In this document: positions 1-12,277 of the stretch, one piece after another
How positions within the stretch are numbered: the stretch's first letter is position 1
Layout of the letters: each line of letters starts with the position of its first letter
Made by a program: the position numbers and the translations under genes
NCBI GenBank assembly: GCA_037447605.1
Contig: CM074805.1
Location: 186,001-250,000 of the forward strand
Direction of reading: 5' to 3'
Origin: Zygnema circumcarinatum SAG 698-1b
Taxonomy: Eukaryota; Plantae; Zygnematophyceae
Length of the DNA: 64,000 bases
Notes under the pieces: model-generated
Told to the model about the DNA's origin: nothing
Seen by the model: only the letters and a program-made list of their open reading frames with translations
Databases searched by the model: none

Positions 1-200
1 TGTTGGTATCGATTGCCTCTATTTCTAGTCTTTCTTACAACATTTATTTGCTTTGAGGTCATATATCGTTTCGAGTTCAACTAGATTGTCTACTGTTGAT
101 TGAGATGATGTTGCTACGAAGCAGTTATGGAGTTGCTATACTACCAATTTGGCTGGATTAACCAATATCAGTCCCCTCCCCGTTGTGAATTCTTGAACAG

Positions 201-1191
201 TGAAGGTTTTCGAAAGCAGTACAAGGAAGAACATCCAGATTCGAAGGGCGTGACTGAGGTTGTTGAGCCCTCCTACAGCTTTGCTGTATTGTAGAGTGCA
301 GGACTTTGGTTATGTCTGAATTACGCAATGTTTTATTCCCAGTTGCTGATCTTTTTTCCTTTTCGGCATTAAACTATTTTTATGCTCAGTTTTTAACTAA
401 AACGTGTATGAGTACTTGTTCTCGCCAATAACATTGGAAAGCCTCCTTGTTTGGCAGGTGACGAAGGCTGCCGGAGTGAAGTGGAAGAGCTTGACTGAGG
501 AGGTGATTACTGCACTACAGTGCTTTTCTTATGCTAGTAGTATCTGCAACATTGCTTGATGAATTACCTGTCTGTTATTTACTTCTCTTTACTGCATTCA
601 GCGTGCTTACCTTATCCTCATCTGGACACGGCCACTAACGTTGCCAACTTCTTCGTTTGCTTCTTACAGGAGAAGAAGCCATTCATTGAAGAACAGGCGA
701 AAAGGAAAGCTGACTATGAGAAAGTTCTGGCAGATTACAAAGATCAGGTATTAAACTGGGCACAGGCTATATCTCTCGAGCGGATAGGTTTGTGACTTCA
801 TGACAAGGTGACTACACATCAGTATTGTAATCTGAGAGAATTGCACAAGAATGAACGAAATATGCTTGCAACTTATGAGCTTGCCATTCCTGTGCTTTCG
901 TTTTCAGGCTGAAACGATCGATTCTACTGTCACTGGCGAGACAGAAGGCACCGCTGACGAAACAACACAAACACAGAAAAGAAGACGCCTCGCTGAAAAG
1001 CCTCAGGCAGATGATGAGGAGGTATGAGCAAGCACGTAATGAAATACTTCCGAACTTCTGATCAGCTTTTTTTATCTAACATTCTTCAAGGCTTACCTTT
1101 CGTCACAAGACAGAATGGTAGACTTCATTTGGCTGCACATCTTGTTGTTTGGCTTTCACAGGTGCAGAATGATCTTGAAGATGAGGAATAA
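201..1191 (+). CDS. HMG-box (HMGB-type) protein, 3' part only (5' end lies before the window)
   Basis: Exons 201-258, 458-502, 670-747, 908-1021 and 1162-1191 with GT-AG introns. They splice to EGFRKQYKEEHPDSKGVTEVTKAAGVKWKSLTEEEKKPFIEEQAKRKADYEKVLADYKDQ...acidic tail VQNDLEDEE*, a typical HMG-box with acidic C-terminus. Confidence 0.85.
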
Positions 1192-2141
1192 AGACCAGCG
1201 AGGACTGCAAGGATCTGTATGCCGGGGTAAGTACAAAATGGCCAGTTCACAATAACAAACCAGACAGTTGTGTTACCAATTGTAATATTGCTGCATTCGT
1301 TTCTTTGGAGCTTCTTACCTCCAATTTGCTGTGGCAGTTGGATGAGTACTGACAATAGCGTGTTTGTCTGATTTGCTGCAGATATACACTTTGAAGTCTA
1401 GACCAACTTTTCGTTGGAGCTTTTACTAAGGAATCGAGCAATTTTCGAGTGTGGTAGTCCAAGTCACTGGATCCCATTCTCAGCCTTCATCAAGTGAGAG
1501 AGCTTGTAGCTATTGTGCAGAATAAATGGCTACGGTTTTCGTATAGGAAGCGTTCTAGTAGCTTGCATCATCATGCCCGAGGCTTGCTTACTGTTGGGAA
1601 GCAATAATCGGCTGCTCTTTGTCAATGTCCAGACACCTCCAACTTCAGTGCTGTAAATGAGTAGTTTTGGGATGGTGTTGGGTACAATACGAAAGCTGCC
1701 CTCTTTCTGTTGTCCAAATGGGTATCATAACCTTCGCAACTTCATTTCCATTATGTACAACGGCACGTGTTGCATGATGTTTGTCAACCATTTGTTGGAT
1801 TCGATTTCACACGCCATGTATGAACAATAACTTTATCAGAGAATGTGTACGGGAGGTCGTAAAGTATAACAGCAACCATAAAAGGTTGTCGGTTGGATTT
1901 TTTAATTTTTTTTGCGAGCACGCGCGGACAGCCAATGACGGGTCGCCACGTACACATCTCCACAAAGCCTGGAGACCTCGATAAAGTTACTCTTGCTAAC
2001 AAAGTCAGAATTCAGGACGATAGGTTGTGACTTTACGGGGGCTCTTCTGGTCTCATCATTTCTGGAACTCTTCACGCTCGTTCCCTCTGGTCCTGGCATG
2101 CCATAAGGAGCCATAAGGGCGCTGTGTGTGAAATTGCGTCC

Positions 2142-5100
2142 ATGGCGCCGTCTTTGCGTCTTCGTGTCCGATATCTTCAAGAAGTGAGTGATTTGGAGGT
2201 GGACTTGGAGGACGGCGTGGAGGTGAGTGCTGCAGGAGACGCAGAGCGGCTGCTACTCGCCTCTGTTTCTAGTTTCTGCCTTCCGGTGATGGCAGGACGT
2301 ATGCATGTGTTCACATCCACTTATACACACGAATGTAACCCTTATGTATGGAATTTATACTTGCGTATAGGAAGCTGTTTATGATTAAACTCGATCCCTT
2401 CATGCCGTGGTCTGGCACTTTCAGGTGCTACGCATCCAACTTTTTTCTTTGACATCTGTGCCACCAGATGAGCAGAAGGTGTGGTTTCGTATTCCAAAAA
2501 TTTCCGCATTTTTCCAGAGAAATGCTCATACAGAAATGCACGCTCGCTAGATGTCCTAGCAGGTTGTGAAGCAGCTTTATGCAGACAGGCCAGCAATGCA
2601 CAATGCACATTGTGCGTTTAATAATCTATGCAATGTTTTAGTGGAGCTCATTGATCAGATAGTGGACTTGTACACTGTCAGCGAAGGCAGAAACAGAGGG
2701 AAAGTGAGTGAGGGAGTGGGGGACGAGGCGCGAGGAGGATGGAGTGAGAACGAGGAAAGGAGATTCTTGTTTTAACGACTTGCAAAAGGCAGGTTCTGGG
2801 CATTGGAACAGGACCCCTGCGAGATGATGTCGATTTGGCATCAATGGGAATTGTAGACGGGCAAGAAATCACTCTTATGTCATCACAGGAGATGGGCTTA
2901 GAGGATTCTCTGCCAGCTGTCAATAATTGCGTAAGTGAGCGGGATATTAATACAGATGCCGACGAAGAGTTTGCGAGGCGCCTTCAGGTGTGCATGCACC
3001 TCTCTTTCCACCATCCTTGGAAGCTGCTCAGCTTCCGTATAAAATTTATACGATTCAGAGTTATTAGCGTGATAAGGTTTCTTTGAGCTTTAGGTTTGCC
3101 CTTATACTACTTTTCCGGGATGTTTATGTCTGTGCAGGCTGAGGAGGACGCGGCTTTAGCAAAGGCTATGGCTCAGGCGGCCATGGCTGAACCAGCAGCA
3201 GGTTCATATGGTCATATGGAAGCCCAATTTCGAGAACGACTGCAATCGAGTGTCGCTGCAGTAGCGGCAGTAAGTGAAGCCTCGATAGTGGTTTCGACTG
3301 AAAGGTGTTCCTCGAATGGGTTGATATTCAGTCTGCTGCTGTTAGCCGGCGCGATTTTTTGGTTATTGCCAATGTGCCTTTGTAGTGAAATATGTCGTCC
3401 TGGAAATGAAGTTGCTGGATTTTCCATTTCTGAGTTTTTGTTGGGGAATTGCGGACAGTACGAGTCTGAGGAGAAGCAGAGGAGGGCAAAGGCTCTGATT
3501 CCATTACAGGAACTTGAGGAAATGGCAGCTGTTGCTCTGACAAAGGTGAACCTCAATGGATGAACCATTCTCCCCTTTTACATGCTCTTGTGGATAGCCG
3601 CCAAAAGTGCTTGCGCTTTCTCTTCCTCTGTGCTTCCTTTTCCTTCACATCTGGACATCTCGACTTTGCGATGTTCTAGGCTGGAGAGTCGGCAGAAGAT
3701 GACGCCGCCATGCGGGACGCTTTGTTACAACAACTTCTTGTGTGGTTCAAGGGATGGTTCAGGTAAGGCATAGGCCAATGCCATTGAAGCACTATGGGTC
3801 CATTAGGGCTTTACTTTTCCGAAGTTCATTTGTTGCAGCAGTATTATGGTAAATTGTGACCCTTGAATTCAGTTTCGGGTTGAAGATAATCTCTGAGAAG
3901 GGGGTGGGAGGGAGGGGGTTGAACAGCTGGGTGAACTCACCTGCATGTGAAAGGTGTGGTGGAGAAAGCCAATTTGCTGGCGCCGGAACTCCCACTGCAG
4001 AGGATTTGCAGTGGCAGGGTTTCCGTGTAGAAAATCACCGGTATATGGCAACTTACCTTCGTTTACTTTTTCATTTCCATTCCCGTGGGCTGAATGACAA
4101 TGTCAGCACGACCTAAAGTCTTGTCTTCGTCTGTTTTGCAAAGTTGAGTCGCTGCAGAGTTAAAGCCCCCAAAATCCTGAAAGCTGCAGAGAATCCTCAA
4201 AAAATTGTACAGCTCTCCCTCTCTCTCTTCCCCTCTCCCTTCCTCTCCCTCTCCTCCCCACCTCTCTCTCTCGGCCTCCCTCCCCCTCCCCCTTCCCCTT
4301 TCCCCTCCCCCCTCTCTCCCTCTCCCCTCTTTTCTCCTCTCCTCCCCCCTCTCTCCCTCTCCCCCTCTCCTTTCTCCTCTCCTCCCCCCCTCCTCCCATA
4401 CTCCTACCCCTCCCCCCACCCGTCCTCTCTCTCTCTCTCTCCCGTCCCCTCCCCATCCCCCTCCTGTCGCTCTCTCTACCTGTCTCCCTGTATCCTTCTC
4501 TCTTTCTGTACAGTGTGTAAAGCCTTGCAAGGTTAGTCTGCAGGCCTGCCTCGTGACAGGCTGCTGAGGGCGGGGCAGCTGTTCGGCCTGCGGGGCCTTT
4601 TGCCGCTTCGTGCGCTACAACGATCCTGCGAAGCTCCTCGTGACGCGACGCGGCCGCTGCGGAGAGTGGGCCAACTGCTTCACGCTCTGCTGCCGAGCGC
4701 TCGGATACGACGCACGGCAGGTGGACCTCCTGCTCTCATACCCCCCTATACCCCCCTTCCACCCCCCCCAACCCCCCCAGGCCATCTGCCTTGTCAACCC
4801 ACTTTCCTCTCGGCTGTCTCTTCCTCTCTCTCGGCCTCTGACACTCCATCTCCGTTCTTTTCCTGCCTCCCCTTTCTCTCCCCTCCGATATCCCTTTCTG
4901 TCTCTCTCTCTCTTTGTCTCTGTCTCATGCTTTCCCCGTCCCCTTGCTCTCTCCCACACCCCATCCCTCTACCTCTCTCCATCTTGTTTCTCTCCCTCGG
5001 CCTCTATATCACTTGTCACCAGGTTCTTGTTAACGATGTTTTGCTGTTGCTGTTAGGACTTCGAGGGCTTTCTGCAGGGTGCTCCACCTACAGAACTTTG

Positions 5101-7807
5101 TATTGTTTACGTCAGCTCAGTCCAATATGGTGAGGTCCGAGAATGCAGGTTCTTGATTGGACTGACCACGTTTGGACCGAGTGTTACTCCGCCCGGCGAG
5201 GCAGGTAGGAACTTGGAAGAGAAGCCTAATGGTATATTTTCTTATTGACATTTGAAGTTTAACTTTCTGCATAAAGTCATGGATACTGAAGAAAGGTTGT
5301 TTGCAGGTGGTTACATTTGGACCCCTGCGAGGCGGCATTCGACAAACCGCTTCTGTATGAATCTGGGTGAGCACCAAAAAACTTTGCGAAAAAAAAAGAA
5401 ACTTTGAAAGTTTTAAAATAGGTCCGAACTGCAGCGTGAGAGAGGATTGCGAAAGAAAAGAAACATTCTTTTGGAATAATATTTCGACAGGAGATGGAAT
5501 GAGTGTGCAGATGGAACAAAAAGTTAAGCTACGTCATAGCTTTTTCTGCAAATGGTGTGTGCGACGTGACGAGTCGATACACTCGAAAGTGGAATGAGGT
5601 GGGTCCTCAGCACCTGACTCAGTATTTTAGAAACCTCCGAGTCCTTATTGATGGTTAGTCTTAACAGCTGTACTATCCTCTCTGCAATTACAGTTCTTTC
5701 CCCTTTCATTTCCCCCTTCTCCCTCGTTCCTCTTGTCCCTCGTTAACAGCTCTTTCAATCGTCTCAATCCTGCAGGTTCTCTATAGAAGAACCCAAGTCC
5801 CTGAAGCAGTCATTCCTCGTATCACTGCAGAGCTGACCGACAGGCTTCGTGCGAACATGTCAGCCCAGAGAAGGCTTGAACTTGAACAAAGAGATGCAGC
5901 AGAAGTGAGAGAGCTTGAAGATGAGAGTATGGGAAGAACTTCCGATTCTCAGATGCAGGCCTTGCCGGGAAGGCAGACAGGGTCCTTGGAATGGAGAATA
6001 GCAAGGGGAGAGCTTGGGAAAGGCTCTGGAAAGGCTGTAGTGTTGCCCGCCGACTCTTTGGTTTCACCTGAAAAGTTAGCACGAGACGAACACATAAGCA
6101 GGATTTCACTCGCTTTGGGGGATATCTGCAGAACAGTTGTGGGAAGTGGTGAAGGTGACGTAGAAAGACGTCAGGTCTTGGAGATTTTACGGAACTTGAA
6201 AGACGTTTTGAGGGACCTGAAAGCTCTACCCTACAAGAGCCGTTCTCTTGAGCTCGGGGATGGGGCATCTGGGCGCTTGAAATTGCTGATGTCTGGAAAA
6301 GCGCTGCCGTTCTTTGAAGCCGTTGGGTTAGGGTTGTTCATGGGCAAAGGGGGGGAACTTTGCGGTAGTGATTCTCTGCAGGTCGTTCCTGTAAGAGAGG
6401 GGCAATCTCTTTGGCTTTCCCCAAAGACGTCTTCAGTAGAAGTCGCCTTGGCTCTGCCTGTGGCCAATGAACTCCTTCAAGATTGCACAAGGGCTGTTGA
6501 GGGGGGCTCAGCGTCAATAAGTAAAAGTCATGGCCCGGGGGCAAAGTTGCTGTGGCTAGTGAAGGGAAAGCGCATCACTGGGGAGGCCGTTTATGCAGAT
6601 GGAGAGAATGCTTCTTGTGAGCCGGTGAGCCCACCCCCCCCACTCTCTCTTTTCCTCTCTCTCTCTCATTCTCTCTCTCCTCCACGTGGACTCCTTTCCT
6701 GCTATGAGAGCATTGAGAGTGGTAGGTTTCCTCCTCTTTAGGTAACATAGTCTAGTGGCTGTGAATCTCCAAAAACTGGAGGGCTTGGAACTGCAGGCAG
6801 TGGCTGCATTCGACGGCCTTCTGAATACGAAGTGGTTGCATCCGGACAGCATAGGCCGTATGCTCCCTCGACCTCCTGCCTGGCCAAACTCCGCTCCCTT
6901 CCGCATAATTGTTTGTTTTTCAGGCAGAGGTCGTCTCTCACTGTAACATCTTGTGAGAGGTCACTTCAAAACTCTAATGTCCTCAGAGTCCAAGGACATT
7001 GGAACTGCCTTGCAAGCCATGATATCCGACACGTCGTTTGTCCATTTGAAACTTATGTTAGTGTTTATATTTCGCTGGATTGTTGCAGAAGGCGCTTGGT
7101 TGCAGTATTGCTTGCCAGCTGGCAAGACTGCCGTTTTAGCAGGTTACATCATGACATCAGCAAATGATTGCCCCGAACGGGACCCGCGAGATTGGTACTT
7201 TTTCAAACTTGATGTGCCGCGTTTTTGGTATTTGGGTTTCACCTTATGATGACAATTGCAAGCACTGTTCCTATGAATGTGGGAGACGAAGGAAAAGATG
7301 GTGTTACCGTCGCATCTTGGTCTTTCAGAGTGTTCCAGCAGACGAAAGGACAGAAGCTTTCTGTTTTTTACTCTGTTCAGAAGGGTTCTGGAATTGATTT
7401 GGAGGAATGTGGGAGCTCAAAACATCTTGCAGGGCGGTAGAAGGAAGCACAGACGGAGGGATCACATGGATCCGTCTTGATGAGAGGCGGAGGGAGGTTT
7501 TCGAGGGGCGTCACATGGCAAAGGCATACGAGATCAGTTCCACCCAACGGCGGCCCTGTTCCATGTACAGGTTCGTGCGCCTGGGCACTACTTTTCTACC
7601 TAGCCCTCGTCTGTCGTCTCTTCATCATTGGGCCCGAGCCACTTGGCTGCCCCTAAGGACCCTAAACCTCCTGGAAAAGGCTTCAATTGTCACAGTATAG
7701 AAAATGGATTTGGTTCCCTTCCGATTGACGGTTTAGGTTTAGGGCCGTGACCATGCTTTCTGAGGAAGGGGGCGGGGCCGGGGGGGGGGGGGGGGGGNNN
7801 NNNNNNN

Positions 7808-7846
<39 letters not shown>

Positions 7847-8175
7847 ACCCTGCCTGCAGGCTGAAGGTCACTGCTGTAGGGAGAGCGGATTCTTGCTTGC
7901 AGCTCGCCTGCCTGGACCTCTATGAGCTGCGGGACGCCGTGGTTGAGAAATCTAGGCCAAACGGAGCCCCGGGAAAAACCAACTTCATGGAACCGAAGCC
8001 CCGTTCGGAGCTCCATGTGAAGCCGTCATCAGAAGAAGCGTGGAAGGCGCAATTTGCTGCTTTTGTTAGGGCGGAATTTGCAGTTGTCAGAGAGAGGCAA
8101 CCGGAGCTCTCAGTCAATGAGGTTGCAGCGGAGGCTTTACGGTTAGCGAAAGTGAAGATGGAGGAGCTGCGATAG
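2142..8175 (+). CDS. PNG1: Cytosolic peptide:N-glycanase, plant-type architecture (transglutaminase core plus C-terminal carbohydrate-binding-like domain), multi-exon
   Basis: Motifs in order: [13 protein letters not shown], Zn-binding CERC and [36 protein letters not shown] (catalytic Cys), [12 protein letters not shown] (His), WLHLDPCE (Asp), [57 protein letters not shown] at 2142, stop at 8175. Not every exon boundary was traced. Confidence 0.93.
4213..4505. repeat. Intronic polypyrimidine (CT/C-rich) low-complexity tract
   Basis: About 290 bp of almost only C/T inside the PNG1 intron 4041-4578. Confidence 0.9.
4725..5000. repeat. Intronic C/CT-rich low-complexity tract
   Basis: Starts just after the GT donor at 4721; C-runs followed by CT repeats. 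Confidence 0.85.
7768..7845. repeat. Intronic poly-G run spanning an assembly gap
   Basis: G homopolymer 7781-7797 and 7808-7845 with N at 7798-7807, about 14 nt upstream of the acceptor of the last PNG1 exon. Confidence 0.9.
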
Positions 8176-9097
8176 ATTATTCTATTGATGAATTTGCTGT
8201 ACTTCATGCATGCAAGCATGCGCGATGTATCTCTTGGGATTTGTTTTCTATATTGTATACTGAATTAAGCAATACAACATCTGAGTGGTGTGTGTTTTTA
8301 CATGTGAGAAATTAGCGTTTGCAAATAATGTGTCGTGAAACCAAGGTACGCAAGTGCAATTTTTCTCGTGGCAAGCAATGAACGGACGTCCGTACCGTTC
8401 AAGCTCACACGTACTACCAAAAGGTTTGAACTTTAAATTTTTTTTTGAATTATTCAATGTTCAAATGGAAAGGTTTCATTCGGACTTTTGAACACCCGAG
8501 GTCATTAGTTCTTCAAGTTAAACAAGGAAAAACAAAGTTCAATTGTTCAAAGTCTCAATCTGTTCGGTTACAAGTGCAGATTTCAGTTTTCGTCAGGTAG
8601 GATTCAAGCAATCTGTGAAATTTGCTTAACTCCGGCCAATTTTTGACTCTATCCAATGCTGTATAACGATCTATACTACAATTGCCAAACGACGCAATCG
8701 ATTGTACAAAGATATAACGAAGCAACCCCATGCAGTTCCTTCATGAACGGCAGCCATCTTTTTCCTTTTATTCGAGGTCCAGTTTATTTTGAAGTAACAA
8801 TTTGGAATCCTACAGGTAGCTGTCAGTATTAGCTCCCTTGGGCATAAACCTACTCGCTACTTCAGCATTCTGATATCTTGCAGTCTATACAAAGTATACA
8901 TTCCATACTCTAAATGGCATTGCCATATCGAGAATACCATCAGATACTCTAACAGATACATTTGCATAGCACGAGCACTCTTCTCTAAACATACATACAT
9001 ACATACACTGCACATCTATGCCACCATCATATCTTGCATGCCCTCGACCTTCTAGAACATTCTCGAAGTCCTACTTTTCCTGCACTATGGCTACCAT

Positions 9098-10711
9098 CTA
9101 AAACGGGCATTGCTTAGATTCCTCAGTCTTTGCCCCTTTCCTTGCAGCGGCTGCCTCGAGGGCTACAAGAGACAAAAACTCATAGCCCGCTTGAGCTGCA
9201 GCATGGGCAGTTATCTGGCCATGGTCCAAGGCAGGGAGAACCTCTACGACGTCCCCTCCCACCCATGTGATCCCTGTGCAGGACCGGAGGTAGGCGAAGC
9301 CCTGGAACGTGCTGGGACCTCCCACTTCGGGAGTACCCGTGCCTGTAGAAATTAGGGAGAAAGTGAAAGGCATCAATCAATCGATACCGCGGTGGAGGCT
9401 TGGGAGAGATGGAAATAAACAGCAACAGAATGGTCGTCTTGATGCAGCAAGCATAAAATCCATGTTCTGACCACACGGCCAGGTCCCAGAACGACACGGA
9501 CAAAGGAAAGACTGAAAGGATGGCTTGCCAGGCATAGGCACGCCCTTATTCTGATAGGTCAGTGCTTGAATGAAGTTTGCATTTGCTTTCCTTCATCGGG
9601 GATTCAGGGTTCCTGGTTTGGGCACTAGGAACAGATCAGCATTCCATATTAATCTGTGTTAAAGGTGTTGTCACTGCCATATTCGCACAAACATACGCTT
9701 GCATTCGCTTGCATTCATCATCACCGTCTCTGTCATTAACAAATTCCAAGACTCACCCGGCGCAAATGCAGGGTCGAAGAAATCGACATCAAAAGACAGA
9801 AAAGCGCGCGTATTGCCCACGCGCCTCTGAACGATCGCTCCAAGCTCCGACGGCGTCAACGCCAGAAGTTCCGTCGTAGTGAGAACCTGAAACCCTAATT
9901 CCTTGGCCGCAGCAATATCGTCCGAACCATACACCGGGCCCCTCATGCCTATCTGGATAGAACGCTCAGGGAGCAAAAGGCCTTCCTCCACAGCCCTCCG
10001 GAACGGCGTTCCATGCGTGTATTTAAACCCGAAATATGAATCCCAAACATCCCCATGTGAATCAAAATGCACCAAAGCAAGGGGCCCGTGCACCGCCGCC
10101 AATGCGCGGAGCTCAGCCAATGTGATGGAATGATCTCCACCTAGACCCAAAGTGATGATTCCCTGCTTAGCCAGGGGCTCCAAGACACTTGTCATCCTCT
10201 CGTAGCTCGCCTCGATGAAGCCGGGAGCCACCGAGGCGTCGCCATAGTCCACGCAGGAGAGCACTCCCAGAGTGGTGATTCCAAGCTCGTGGTTGTGAGG
10301 GCGAAGAATGGCGGAGGCGCTGCGTATCGCTTCTGGCCCGAACCTCGCCCCCACTTTGAAGGTAGCGCCGGTGTCGAAGGGGAGCCCCACCACTGCAACG
10401 TCCACGCCAGACAGGTCGTCCACCTCCGCTTCCGGGAGGTGGGAATCGTCAGAGGTTTTAGGGCTTTTCGAGAATTTGGGAGAGAGGTAGGGGAGGCGTG
10501 CAAAGGTTCGGACGCCGGTGAACCGAGGCGAGAGGAGGGCGTCTGCCGGGAGATACTTTGCGCAGCCTCCATGGCCCTCGGGAGAGTACGCTCGCAGCTG
10601 CGGAGGAGAGGAAGGGGCAGGGATGGAGGAGGCGAGCGGCAGGAGGAGGAGGGAGACGAAGATGGCCACGTCGTAGCGCCATGTCGCAGCATGCGCGGCC
10701 GCCATGGCCAT
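9098..10711 (-). CDS. Agmatinase-like ureohydrolase (arginase family) with N-terminal signal-peptide-like segment; 2 exons (10711-9757, 9342-9098), ~399 aa
   Basis: Metal-binding motifs GGDHS, HFDSHGD and SFDVDFFDP, plus GLPFD, GARFGPEAIR, HGTPFRRAVEEG and APG|TGTPEVGG. The last motif is split by one GT-AG intron (9343-9756) that rejoins in frame. Confidence 0.92.
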
Positions 10712-10837
10712 GGCGAGGCCGTGCAGTCAGAGAGGGAGGGTAGTGCGAGCCGGCTGAGAGGGCATAGCGGGGAAGCGTAAATTAAGTTTCCCAAAGAAAC
10801 AAATTACAATTTTTTTCTAGAGGCCTTTGAGTGAAAA

Positions 10838-10960
10838 GTACTGTACTGTAGAGGAATCGGAATTACAGTACTGTACGGTAATTCAAGGACAAAAAATGTA
10901 CGAACATGTACTGTAGTACGAAATGACGTAACGTTGTACGACCAAAGTACGAATATGTAC
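10838..10960. promoter_or_regulatory. Dense GTAC cluster in the divergent agmatinase/B55 upstream region
   Basis: Ten GTAC cores in 123 bp (10838, 10843, 10868, 10873, 10898, 10908, 10916, 10936, 10947, 10957). Includes the palindrome TACAGTACTGTA and inverted GAATTAC...GTAATTC. Function is inferred. Confidence 0.55.
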
Positions 10961-11366
10961 GGACACTGGAGTCGCATGAAACGTTTCTGCTGCGAAGATG
11001 CAGGAAGGACTACTTTTGGTAATTGTTTTTAAGCCCTATTATTTTTTTTGGGCCTATTTCCGTTCCGCCCATTCTTTTTGCGTTTAAAAGTGGTTCAATA
11101 AACGTTTTTCTATGGGTGCATTAAAAATTTCCGTTGACCCAAATGTACAAATGTTTGTGTACACGATGGTAGAAAATCTTTGATATTAATTATATGTTTA
11201 GGCTTCAGTGGATTGATTACAAATTTATTTCTCAAAAAAATACTGCCCGAGTGTTTGCAATTTGTTTCGTTCAGGAAACGTTTGTCGGTCGTGACGGTGC
11301 CCTGGTTTTCTGCACCGACACAAAAATGACTGGGATGTGCCGTACCACACGGACGGTTTGTCACGT

Positions 11367-11408
11367 AGCGCCCTCCGGTTGGCAGCGCCCTCCGGTTGGC
11401 AGCGCCCT
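11367..11408. repeat. 17-bp tandem repeat, about 2.5 copies
   Basis: AGCGCCCTCCGGTTGGC x2 followed by AGCGCCCT. Confidence 0.9.
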
Positions 11409-12277
11409 TGTCGCTTAGCTGGCCTACGCCCCGCCGCGACGCCGTCTTGCGGAAAACCACGCAAACCGTAAAACCCTGCGTCGCTAATCTCTCCGAAAAT
11501 TCGTTAAAAAATGATCCAAAATAAGAACACGTTGCGCGACAATTCAGGATTCAAGATAATACTCATTTTGATTACTTTTATGTAAAGGCGAAACGCGAAG
11601 GTGCAAACCCGAACAAAATGGGTGCGAAACTTTCCGTCAAATGACCACATACAAATGGGGTACAGCGATGGCCGCATATACATATGATAAATCGAATTGC
11701 GACAACGCGGAGAAAAAGGGTACAAAGGGAGTCCATATTCCGTACCGTACGGACTTGCAAAGGTCTTGGAGCCATTGGGCCTCCAACCCGCCGTCTCTCC
11801 TCTCTCCACTCCTCACAGAGACGCTATCTTTGTCCCTCCTGCCTCACCTCTCTTTCCCTCTCTCCCTCCCTCTCTCTCTTTCTCTCCCTTTGTCCGGCGC
11901 TTCCCCATTCCTTTCTTTCTGAAGGTGGGGTACTTCTGAGGGGGAATCTTCGAAGGGCGGAGACCTCTTTTGCGTTGCCTCTCTTCTTGCTCTTTCCCTC
12001 TCTTGGAACCTTTTCCCTGCCTCCCTACAGGGTAGACGTTCCCACCACCCTTGCCTCGTTCTCTTTTCGCTCTTTCCCTTTCTCTCCCCTTTCTCTTCGC
12101 CTTGCGAGTGCACGCGGAGAAAGTCTCTGCCTACGGCTCTCCCATGGTACCACGTGTCCCGCCCCCGTACAATGCCGCCTGCAAGCTTGACCTTGGCGCC
12201 AGTTAGCCTCTGCGCGTGGCTGGCTTAGCGCTTTCATAGAACCACAGTTACGTTTGGCGGAGTTAGGTTTTCCGTTG

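Noticed and set aside
4063-4567. Several 100-155-aa Pro/Ser/Leu- or Gly/Arg/Glu-rich ORFs
   Set aside because: They are stop-free frames through the intronic CT tract of PNG1.
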